Under the pieces are notes generated by a model. That model was not told the DNA's origin. It saw only the letters and a list, made by a program, of their open reading frames with translations, and made no database searches. The translations under genes and the position numbers were made by a program. From an uncultured Nitrososphaerota archaeon (GTDB taxonomy: Archaea; Thermoproteota; Nitrososphaeria; Nitrososphaerales; Nitrosopumilaceae), in NCBI GenBank assembly GCA_963824385.1, contig CAWGPD010000001.1:64001-128000 (forward strand): 64,000 bases of DNA, written 5' to 3'. Shown in pieces: positions 56,301 to 63,929 of this stretch (the stretch's first letter is position 1; each line of letters begins with the position of its first letter).

Positions 56301-56810
56301 CTACTTTCTCTCAAATTCCACTACTAGTTCTATCTTTCTAAGATCGTGTGCAATTGCAATTACCCTGTTTACATCTATTGGAAATTTTGCGGTCTTTTTT
56401 CCAGACACTATGACTTTGGTTTTTCTAAGACCACCCAAAGCCCAAACTTGGTTTATTGCAAGTATTTTGATTGGAAAGAATACATCTTCGATGAATTTCT
56501 TGTCATCAGAGTTTTGATGGACAAGCCAAATTTTTCCTGAAAATTCACCTTGAAGTATACGATAAAGTTCTCTACTTTGTCTAATAGTCATAATATCCTG
56601 ACTCCCAAGATAGATTACAAAATCACCGTTTGATTCACTGCATGAATTTAAGGTGAATTTTTCTATTTGTGGTATCTTTTGAGAAAGTTTTACAAGTTTT
56701 ATGGAGGCATTAACATCTGCCTTTGTTAGTACTCCATGATCTAATTTTGACTCACATTGAGGACACAGTATACCATTCATTGCATCAAAATTACAAATTG
56801 GTGTCCTCAT
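56301..56810 (-). CDS. NusA-like KH-domain protein with N-terminal Zn motif
   Basis: PICNFD...LCPQC, then the KH-like region typical of this archaeal family. Confidence 0.75.
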   Translation of the reverse strand: MRTPICNFDAMNGILCPQCESKLDHGVLTKADVNASIKLVKLSQKIPQIEKFTLNSCSESNGDFVIYLGSQDIMTIRQSRELYRILQGEFSGKIWLVHQNSDDKKFIEDVFFPIKILAINQVWALGGLRKTKVIVSGKKTAKFPIDVNRVIAIAHDLRKIELVVEFERK

Positions 56811-56852
56811 GGAAATCGATTTTTTGCTTACAAAACTGGAAGATAAACTATG

Positions 56853-56860
56853 CGAAATTA
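56853..56860. repeat. 8-bp target-site duplication CGAAATTA (left copy)
   Basis: Identical to 60673-60680 and directly abuts the terminal inverted repeat. Confidence 0.92.
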
Positions 56861-56910
56861 GGTTCTGTTCATTTGACGATTGATCTTCTCCGTGTTCAAA
56901 ATCGGTTGAT
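56861..56910 (+). repeat. Left terminal inverted repeat of element 1
   Basis: GGTTCTGTTCATTTGACGATTGATCTTCTCCGTGTTCAAAATCGGTTGAT, the exact reverse complement of 60623-60672. Confidence 0.95.
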
Positions 56911-56935
56911 GATTAAATAATTTGACACTGGTAAA

Positions 56936-57418
56936 TTAACATGGTACGGCATACTCTTCACCAGCCTCGAATAACCGAACTGGCGTATGCCTTGGATCCA
57001 ATCTTCTCACATTTTTATAGTTATGAAGAACCCCCCCATCACTTGTTACAATAATTACTTCAGGTTGATTTAATAAATTTAAAAAAGACAATTCACCAAC
57101 CTGACACTCAGGAATAAGTGGTAGTAAACCTATTTTGTTAGTTATCTCTTTCACTATTTGTTTGTCAATGGATGGTATACTCACTCTGCGAAGAACATTG
57201 GTAAGATGTTTAATTGCCAAGTTTACGCCCTTACTACTTATTTTTCTAGCATAATACAGTCTCATTACTAATTCAATCACTACTACTGGGGTAACGATGA
57301 ACATGCCCTCATTACTACTAATTGTATTTTTTAGCCACTCTCTTACATTACTATTTTTGTTAACAAAGTAGTCTTCCCATACTGTAGTGTCTGTTACATA
57401 GAGAGGGGAAAGACTCAA
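56936..57418 (-). CDS. PIN-domain (VapC-like) protein
   Basis: YVTDTTVW, TPVVVIEL, GE, IVTSD acidic PIN pattern. Confidence 0.75.
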   Translation of the reverse strand: MSLSPLYVTDTTVWEDYFVNKNSNVREWLKNTISSNEGMFIVTPVVVIELVMRLYYARKISSKGVNLAIKHLTNVLRRVSIPSIDKQIVKEITNKIGLLPLIPECQVGELSFLNLLNQPEVIIVTSDGGVLHNYKNVRRLDPRHTPVRLFEAGEEYAVPC

Positions 57419-57810
57419 TTCTCTGCTGAATCCAATATCTCATCAATCTTATCTAACGCTTTTACCGCATCTTCGCCTTCAAGTTTTTTCCCTATTACAA
57501 TCTGTTTTAGGTCTTCATCATATATGTCTGCAAATAATTCATCCCCTACTTTCCAATTGAGTTTATTGGTTAGATCGAATGGGAGTACTAATCCATTATT
57601 TTCATTAAGCATTACTTTTGGTTCAACATTAAAAAATGACATATTTTGGAAAGACTCTGGATAATTTAATTCAGCATAGTAAGGAGTTTTGTATACACCT
57701 TTAACTTCAGCTAATAGCCATATTTTTTCTTGTTTTCTCGGGATAACTTTGATTGGTTTTTGTTCCTTTGGAACAATATCATACCATTCATCTTCTTTTT
57801 GTTTACTCAT
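57415..57810 (-). CDS. Protein with AbrB/MazE-like domain (putative antitoxin)
   Basis: GLVLPFDLTNKLNWKVGDEL...QIVIGK; overlaps the PIN gene start. Confidence 0.6.
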   Translation of the reverse strand: MSKQKEDEWYDIVPKEQKPIKVIPRKQEKIWLLAEVKGVYKTPYYAELNYPESFQNMSFFNVEPKVMLNENNGLVLPFDLTNKLNWKVGDELFADIYDEDLKQIVIGKKLEGEDAVKALDKIDEILDSAEN

Positions 57811-58433
57811 TGTCCTTTCACCTTCTTTACATAAGATTCAGCCTTCTCTATTTGTTTTTCCATATTCTGAAGTTCTTTGATTAGTTTTTTTACTTCGGTT
57901 TTGGTGAGTTCAAAACTTACTGGTCGTTTGTCTCCTGCTTCAGTAATTTTAAAATTTATGTTACAACATGGATAAAGATATTCGTCAAAATGAGGTGGTG
58001 ATAATAATCTTACATCATAATCAAATGAACGAATGTCTAAAGTAGGAGTTGCAGAATGAAATTTGTAATCTATATCATGTAATATTCCTTCTTTTTCTAA
58101 TCTATCTGAAAGAGTTAGTAATCTATCAGCATCCTGTTTTGAAATTTTAAGACTACTTTCCAGTGTATTTTTATTTTTAACATAATGTAATAGAGTCTGA
58201 GTAGCATCCATTATTTCACCCAATATTGTGACTAGTTGTTTTGTCTCTAATCCTTGTATTTTGATTTTGTTAACTTCAGGTGCATGTGTGTACAGTCCTA
58301 CTCCCTCGTCTACAGGTTCAACTACAATTGTACAGTCAGACCATAATCGTACAAATGTATCTAAAACCTGATTAAATTGATCGGGAGTTAATTTGAATAA
58401 ATTGGGAAATCCAAAAGTATTTTGTTCAGACAT
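57807..58433 (-). CDS. COMMD-like protein (helical N-domain plus COMM-like C-domain)
   Basis: PTLDIRSFDYDVR...PCCNINFKI...VSFELTKTEVKKLIKELQNMEKQI resembles the COMM consensus; TATA-like TTTAAATA upstream of ATG 58433. Confidence 0.55.
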   Translation of the reverse strand: MSEQNTFGFPNLFKLTPDQFNQVLDTFVRLWSDCTIVVEPVDEGVGLYTHAPEVNKIKIQGLETKQLVTILGEIMDATQTLLHYVKNKNTLESSLKISKQDADRLLTLSDRLEKEGILHDIDYKFHSATPTLDIRSFDYDVRLLSPPHFDEYLYPCCNINFKITEAGDKRPVSFELTKTEVKKLIKELQNMEKQIEKAESYVKKVKGQ

Positions 58434-58476
58434 AGTATTATCCTGCAAAAAATTCTATTTAAACATAAGCAAGTAA

Positions 58477-58602
58477 CTATGATGTAGGTTTCCAGTATTC
58501 CGTAATTCTATGTCTACAATCATCACACCATAAATATTTGATTTGATAATCATAGTCAGCATCCATTCGGATTTTGCATGAGGGACATTCGTATGTAGTC
58601 AA
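58477..58602 (-). CDS. Zn-ribbon microprotein (41 aa)
   Basis: TTG start overlapping the transposase TGA; MTTYECPSCKIRMDADYDYQIKYLWCDDCRHRITEYWKPTS. Confidence 0.65.
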   Translation of the reverse strand: MTTYECPSCKIRMDADYDYQIKYLWCDDCRHRITEYWKPTS

Positions 58603-59729
58603 GATTCTCTTCTGCTGGCATTCTGTATCAAGGTAATCCACTTGTTATCTCCCTCAATCTTGATTCCTGCAACTTCGCTAGGAGTTTTTCCTTCTAATCC
58701 CATATGAGGTCTAATGTAGTTGTGATAGATTTGATAACCTGTGAGAATTGGTGTATTGTTTATTTTCAATCCTCTCATTACTTTCTCACGGTCACGAATC
58801 TCACCGTTTAGTCTTTCCATCATGTTGTTGTGTCTATCACCTTTGAGAGTTATATGAGATTCATGAACTACTCTTGGTAGTTCTCTTGTCCAATATTCCT
58901 TCAAAAATGCTTCTCGGTATGCAGGTAATCCATCAGTGATTAGTTTGGTTGGCTTCTTTTCTGCTATTGCTCTAGCCATTCTAAAGAGATTCTTTGCATC
59001 ATGATTGTTCTTTGTTTCTGCCACTTCTTGAGCAATCAAGAACCTTGTTTCATCATCCATCATTGCAAATAGATATTTTCGATTTCCTCGAATCTTGATG
59101 AATACTTCATCTGCTCTCCAAATGTCTCCTACTTGTGGTGTAATGTCATCTAGGTATTTTTCCATAAGATTTGTGTATTTTTTGATCCAGTTGTAAACAG
59201 TAGCATGAACTACATCAACACCAAGCAATTTTAGAGATTTTGTGACATTTCTCAGTGATTCTCCGCTAAAGTATAGTTGCATGGCGGTTGTAATTGCTCT
59301 AGGATTGTGCTTCATTCTCTCAAAGCCTATATTGAGACTGAAAGTTTTGTGGCAATCAGAGCAAACGAATCTCTGAATATCATAATTCTTGTTGTGTCTT
59401 ATTCCAAATTTCTTAATGTTGTTCGATTTGCAGAATAGACAGGAATCAATGTTTATTGGTTGAATTGTTACCTTGTTCTTCTGTATTACCTGTTCTCTGA
59501 TCTTGATACTAAGTTCTACGCCATGAATATGCTTACAACAAATATGTCTGAATGCGTAATCTTTACAATTACAAGTCCATCCTGCATCTGTAAATACTAC
59601 AGCATATTCGCCTTTAGTTGTTTGTGATTTTACTTTGTATTGGTTTGCGTTGATTCTGAAAATCTGTTGATTCGGATTCTGTGCAATCTGTTTTCCTTTT
59701 TCTTCACGTGGATTCGCTCTGTTTTCCAT
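58599..59729 (-). CDS. IS6-like DDE transposase with SWIM and Zn-ribbon domains (element 1)
   Basis: CNCKD...CKH (SWIM), CLFC...CSDC, HTH, WRADE / ITDG / MERLN catalytic triad, YNYIRPH. Confidence 0.93.
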   Translation of the reverse strand: MENRANPREEKGKQIAQNPNQQIFRINANQYKVKSQTTKGEYAVVFTDAGWTCNCKDYAFRHICCKHIHGVELSIKIREQVIQKNKVTIQPINIDSCLFCKSNNIKKFGIRHNKNYDIQRFVCSDCHKTFSLNIGFERMKHNPRAITTAMQLYFSGESLRNVTKSLKLLGVDVVHATVYNWIKKYTNLMEKYLDDITPQVGDIWRADEVFIKIRGNRKYLFAMMDDETRFLIAQEVAETKNNHDAKNLFRMARAIAEKKPTKLITDGLPAYREAFLKEYWTRELPRVVHESHITLKGDRHNNMMERLNGEIRDREKVMRGLKINNTPILTGYQIYHNYIRPHMGLEGKTPSEVAGIKIEGDNKWITLIQNASRRES

Positions 59730-59730
59730 G

Positions 59731-59787
59731 TATGTGTATTATACACATAACTATAAAAGTATTGTGTATAATGTGTATAATGCACAA
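59731..59787. promoter_or_regulatory. Palindromic operator(s) between the divergent transposase and RHH genes
   Basis: TATGTGTAT-T-ATACACATA (59731-49) plus repeated TGTGTATAA and TGTGTATAATGCACA. Confidence 0.65.
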
Positions 59788-59818
59788 ATGATAAATAGTT
59801 GATAGTAATAATTACAGC

Positions 59819-60046
59819 ATGGGAAGAATAGACATCATACTACCAGATGATTTAGAAGATAAATTGAAAATGGAGGCAGGAAAAAGATTAGGTGCAAAAA
59901 GAGGAGCATTTACTGAAGCAATCAAGGATGCAATTGGTCTATGGTTAGATCCAAAAACAATGGAATTGATGGAAAAATATACTGGCAAGTCATTAGATGC
60001 AGAAACTAAAGAAATTTTGAAGAAGTATCGGGGTAATGTTGATTGA
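59819..60046 (+). CDS. Ribbon-helix-helix regulator
   Basis: MGRIDIILPDDLEDKL...GAFTEAIKDAIGLWL RHH pattern. Confidence 0.8.
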   Translation: MGRIDIILPDDLEDKLKMEAGKRLGAKRGAFTEAIKDAIGLWLDPKTMELMEKYTGKSLDAETKEILKKYRGNVD

Positions 60047-60453
60047 TTATAGAGTATGATCCGAGAAAAGAGACAACCACTGTGAATGGACTCTGTGAAA
60101 AATGTGACAACAAATGGATCGTGAGTCGGGATAATAGTGTTTATCAACTTCCAATGGAATTAAAAGAAAAATGTCCGAAATGCGGTCATGTTAACATACT
60201 TTTCTATCCAGACGAAGAAATGAATAAACAAATGATGAATCAGAAATATGTCTTAGATTTACCCCTAAAATTTGAGAATGCAAAAAAGACAATTGAGAAG
60301 TTAAAAGAAGAGAGAGATGCCCTAAAGGTAAGAAATACCGAATTATTTGATGAAAATAAGATTCTAGTAAAAGCGATTGACATACTTACCGCCAAACTTG
60401 AAAAACTAAATATCAAATTGGACGGTGGAACTGAAAATCCACTTGCTAAATGA
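60043..60453 (+). CDS. Zn-ribbon plus coiled-coil protein
   Basis: CEKC...CPKCG followed by a heptad-rich C-terminus. Confidence 0.7.
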   Translation: MIIEYDPRKETTTVNGLCEKCDNKWIVSRDNSVYQLPMELKEKCPKCGHVNILFYPDEEMNKQMMNQKYVLDLPLKFENAKKTIEKLKEERDALKVRNTELFDENKILVKAIDILTAKLEKLNIKLDGGTENPLAK

Positions 60454-61514
60454 GTAGTCAAATGTCAAATACGATACTATGCCCTAAATGTGAGGCGTTG
60501 TTAATAAAGGAGGAATTTGAAACCCATGATTGTATTTCTAATTACAAATTTGATGGAAAATATCTATTAATTAGACGAAACGGAAAATGGCGTTCAATTT
60601 ACTTGCCATTATTATTCAGATTATCAACCGATTTTGAACACGGAGAAGATCAATCGTCAAATGAACAGAACCCGAAATTAGGTTCTGTTGCGATCACGGG
60701 TGATAGACGTTTGACACAAAAATTTTCTGCCTGTTACAGTCGGGTGATGGATCACCCTCGATCATTAAAAGCAAAAATAACCGCATGGTTCAAAGTTTTC
60801 ATGGCACGTTCAATCAAGATATACCGTTTTTTCACAGCAAAAAAATCCTCTGAAATATACGATATTCTAAAAGCAAGAAAAACTTCACAGAGCGTTAATA
60901 CTTATCCTGAAATCGCTACGATACAAAATAATCCCGATAGTGTTAGTGGTTCATTTCACATAAGAAAAAAAGTATTAGGATCTTGGGAAATTCTTTTCTA
61001 CGAATTTACTATAAAAACAAAAAAGGCTACACTTTTTCTACAAGGTAAAACTGTGGGAAGATCAGATGCTAATGAATTTCTTGCTGAATTAATTGAAAAT
61101 GGAACTTCCAGATATGATGTGATAAAAGAATATGAGTTAACCAATGGTCAGATGCTACAAATTTTCAATAATGTTACAAAACAATATGCAGATAACATCA
61201 TTATGCGATTGAAAGTTCTTTTTAGTCCTCTAAGCGGATATAAATATAAAGATAAAGAGGTTTATGGCGAGTTATCTTTTCAGTTTATTGGAAATAAATG
61301 TGCAAGCAAACATAATGATTTTAGTAATTTTTTAGAAAACAGTATGGAAGTAGAACTGACGTTTGGACTTCTTAAATGTGCAGGATTGGCAAAGGAACTG
61401 AGAAATACACATATTAAATTAATAGCCAAATCTGATTGCAGTTTTAGAATGTATGTGGAAGTTCCACATGACGATTGGATTACTTTTGTTGAAAAGGTCT
61501 TGAATGTGATATGA
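60450..61514 (+). CDS. Chimeric ORF: element-1 Zn-finger gene reading through TIR/TSD/TIR into an element-2 cargo gene (own start probably 60747 or 60801)
   Basis: CPKC...HDC N-terminus; residues STDFEHGEDQSSNEQNPKLGSV are encoded by the TIR-TSD-TIR junction. Confidence 0.6.
   Translation: MSSQMSNTILCPKCEALLIKEEFETHDCISNYKFDGKYLLIRRNGKWRSIYLPLLFRLSTDFEHGEDQSSNEQNPKLGSVAITGDRRLTQKFSACYSRVMDHPRSLKAKITAWFKVFMARSIKIYRFFTAKKSSEIYDILKARKTSQSVNTYPEIATIQNNPDSVSGSFHIRKKVLGSWEILFYEFTIKTKKATLFLQGKTVGRSDANEFLAELIENGTSRYDVIKEYELTNGQMLQIFNNVTKQYADNIIMRLKVLFSPLSGYKYKDKEVYGELSFQFIGNKCASKHNDFSNFLENSMEVELTFGLLKCAGLAKELRNTHIKLIAKSDCSFRMYVEVPHDDWITFVEKVLNVI
60623..60672 (-). repeat. Right terminal inverted repeat of element 1
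   Basis: Exact reverse complement of 56861-56910. Confidence 0.95.
60673..60680. repeat. 8-bp target-site duplication CGAAATTA (right copy; the only spacer between elements 1 and 2)
   Basis: Identical to 56853-56860. Confidence 0.92.
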
Positions 61515-61524
61515 CAGGGAATGA

Positions 61525-62058
61525 ATGATGAATGAAACCGAAACTTATTATCAACTGTTTGGGAATACAATTACCTTGTCATTAGCAGATCTTCTTGGTT
61601 ATATCGGAATAGGTGTTTCCGTTGGAGTTGGAGTATTATTTGCATCATTAGATTGGAGAAGGCGTGTTACAACCGATAAAAATCATAAAAAAATAATTTG
61701 TTATCACATGAATGAACTTGAAACAATTTTTGCCCACATTATGGTTGATTTCAACAAATTGGAAGAAGATGAAGATGGAGTACCAGAACGTTTGAATCAT
61801 TTTTTAATTGGAAAATATAGACATATTGAGTATTTGATTGATAACATAAAATTGAATAAAATTCAATGTTCAAAATTATCTGATGATGAAGAAAAAGATA
61901 TAGAAAATACATTGAAAATTTCTCAGTGGTTATTGGAAGAATACTGTCCACAGGATGTACTTGAAGCAAGTCGAGTGAGTCTTTGGCGAGAGTACAATCC
62001 AAAACTTAAAGAAAATGCTGAAACATTGGCAAACTCAGTAAAACATTTTGCTAACTAA
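61525..62058 (+). CDS. Hypothetical membrane-anchored helical protein (cargo)
   Basis: One N-terminal TM helix (LLGYIGIGVSVGVGVLFA) followed by an alpha-helical domain. Confidence 0.7.
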   Translation: MMNETETYYQLFGNTITLSLADLLGYIGIGVSVGVGVLFASLDWRRRVTTDKNHKKIICYHMNELETIFAHIMVDFNKLEEDEDGVPERLNHFLIGKYRHIEYLIDNIKLNKIQCSKLSDDEEKDIENTLKISQWLLEEYCPQDVLEASRVSLWREYNPKLKENAETLANSVKHFAN

Positions 62059-62060
62059 TA

Positions 62061-62252
62061 TCATTTCGATTTACTATCTTTGTGACTAGTAACTTCTATT
62101 TTGTTTCCCCTAATGATGAATTTTATCATATCGGGATTTCCAAGAAAATCCATTATAGGTTTTGGCAGATAACTTTGCCATCCCCTAGTTTCATGATATG
62201 AAACATTGACAGGAAATTCTTTTTCACCTTTTTTCCATTTAGGCACACTCAT
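62061..62252 (-). CDS. AbrB-like small DNA-binding protein
   Basis: QSYLPKPIMDFLG...IKFIIRGNKIEV swapped-hairpin pattern; divergent from the transposase. Confidence 0.7.
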   Translation of the reverse strand: MSVPKWKKGEKEFPVNVSYHETRGWQSYLPKPIMDFLGNPDMIKFIIRGNKIEVTSHKDSKSK

Positions 62253-62278
62253 AATTCAGCAAACTAATATTTATACAT

Positions 62279-62321
62279 TCCACGTGGATAATCATAATAT
62301 TAATATATCCACGTGGATATA
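62279..62321. promoter_or_regulatory. Twin palindromic operators between the AbrB-like gene and the transposase
   Basis: TCCACGTGGA (62279-88) and the perfect 18-bp TATATCCACGTGGATATA (62304-21). Confidence 0.7.
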
Positions 62322-62328
62322 CTATAAC

Positions 62329-63444
62329 ATGCAAAATTCCGATTCAAGAAAAGAAAATGGAAAAAAACTTGCCGAATCAAACAATCATGTTAAGAGAATT
62401 GATGAACACCATTACAAAGTAAAATCACAGTCAGGAAATGGCGAATATGATGTAGTTTCTACGGAATCTGGCTTAAACTGCTCATGCCCAGATCATATAT
62501 TTCGAAAGATATGTTGTAAGCACATTCACGCTGTTGAATTTAGTAAAAAGATTAGAGAGCATGTAAAAAATCATGTTACTGTTCAACCAATCACAGTTCA
62601 TTCATGCCAATTCTGTAAATCAGATAACATAGTCAAGAACGCTGTTAGACACAACAAGTATGGAGATCTTCAGAGGTACCTATGCAAGTCCTGTAACAAA
62701 CGATTCTCAATCAATCTAGGTTTTGAAAGAATGAAGGCTAGTCCAAAGACCATCACAAGTGCCATGCAGTTGTACTTTACAGGAGAATCGTTAAGAAACG
62801 TACAGAAATTCCTAAACCTTCAAGGCATTAACGTTAATCATGTTACAATTTACAGATGGATTGACAAGTATGTAGGTTTGATGAAGAAATACCTTGAACA
62901 AATGACACCGCAAGTTTCTGATACTTGGAGAGCAGATGAGGTTTTCATAAAAGTAAGTGGCAATCTCAAATACCTTTTTGCCATGATGGATGATGAAACT
63001 AGATTCCTAATTGCTCAAGAGGTAGCAGATTCAAAGAATAACCATGATGCTAGAAACCTATTCAGAAAGTCAAATGAGGTAGCAGGAAAGAAACCAACTA
63101 AACTAATCACCGATGGATTACCTGCATACAGAAATGCATTTTTAAAAGAATATTGGACAAGGAAATCGCCTAGAATTGAACATGAATCTCATATTACTCT
63201 CAAAGGTGATAGGAATAACAACAAGATGGAGAGGTTAAACGGAGAGATTCGGGATAGGGAAAAGACCATGAGGGGATTGAAGAAATCAGATACGCCAGTC
63301 CTTACAGGTTATCAGATCTATCATAACTACCTTAGACCTCATATGAGCTTGGATGGTAGTACACCATCAGAAATGGCAGGAATTAAAATTGAAGGCGATA
63401 ACAAATGGATTACGCTAATTCAGAATGCAAAGATAACTCAGTAA
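62329..63444 (+). CDS. IS6-like DDE transposase with SWIM and Zn-ribbon domains (element 2)
   Basis: CSCPD...CKH, CQFC...CKSC, WRADE / ITDG / MERLN; a diverged paralogue of 58599-59729. Confidence 0.93.
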   Translation: MQNSDSRKENGKKLAESNNHVKRIDEHHYKVKSQSGNGEYDVVSTESGLNCSCPDHIFRKICCKHIHAVEFSKKIREHVKNHVTVQPITVHSCQFCKSDNIVKNAVRHNKYGDLQRYLCKSCNKRFSINLGFERMKASPKTITSAMQLYFTGESLRNVQKFLNLQGINVNHVTIYRWIDKYVGLMKKYLEQMTPQVSDTWRADEVFIKVSGNLKYLFAMMDDETRFLIAQEVADSKNNHDARNLFRKSNEVAGKKPTKLITDGLPAYRNAFLKEYWTRKSPRIEHESHITLKGDRNNNKMERLNGEIRDREKTMRGLKKSDTPVLTGYQIYHNYLRPHMSLDGSTPSEMAGIKIEGDNKWITLIQNAKITQ

Positions 63445-63640
63445 CTTTTTTTGTTACACAATCTGGACATAGAATCAACCCTGCATTGTTAGTAAGAATA
63501 CTCATTGTTGAACAATATTCTTTGAAGAATTTTTTATTTTCACCAGACCAAACATCTTGAAAGAAAAAAATACAACACAGTGGAAATTTTTCTTCAACGC
63601 CAGCATACAAATATCCATGACCGATCTTTTCTTTAGGCAT
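63410..63640 (-). CDS. Small Cys-containing hypothetical protein (cargo)
   Basis: FPLCCIFFF and LCPDC motifs. Confidence 0.55.
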   Translation of the reverse strand: MPKEKIGHGYLYAGVEEKFPLCCIFFFQDVWSGENKKFFKEYCSTMSILTNNAGLILCPDCVTKKVTELSLHSELA

Positions 63641-63721
63641 AATTATTTAGATTTTAAACGTAATAGAGATCTAAAAGTTTTGTTGTTTTTAATTTGATCT
63701 TTTTATTAAATAAGATGAATC

Positions 63722-63929
63722 ATGAGTCAAGTTTATACGAATCAGGCTCACTGTAATACTAGATTTGCGTCACGAATGTCCAAAATGTCTTAGAACTTTT
63801 GCAACAGATGATACTACACTAGAAAAATTTGTTGGTTTTCGGCTATTTCGTGGAATAAAATATGTGCAATCTTGGTGTAGAAAATGTAGAAAAGAAGATC
63901 TACAGGAAAAACGTAAAAATCAAAAGTAA
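63722..63929 (+). CDS. Zn-finger microprotein (cargo; start uncertain, possible frameshift at ~63765)
   Basis: HECPKC...GFRLFRGIKYVQSWCRKCR to TAA 63929. Confidence 0.5.

Larger units (their letters stand above)
56861..60672. mobile_element. IS6-like cargo transposon, element 1 (3812 bp)
   Basis: Perfect 50-bp TIRs (56861-56910 and 60623-60672) starting GG, 8-bp TSD, internal DDE transposase and passenger genes. Confidence 0.92.

Noticed and set aside
56853..60689. 17-bp direct repeat CGAAATTAGGTTCTGTT as attL/attR of an integrase-type island
   Set aside because: Fully explained by the 8-bp TSD plus the shared 9-nt transposon terminus; no tyrosine or serine recombinase and no tRNA is present.
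58599..63444. Composite transposon bounded by two copies of one IS
   Set aside because: The transposases are diverged, and the TIR/TSD positions place them in two separate adjacent elements.
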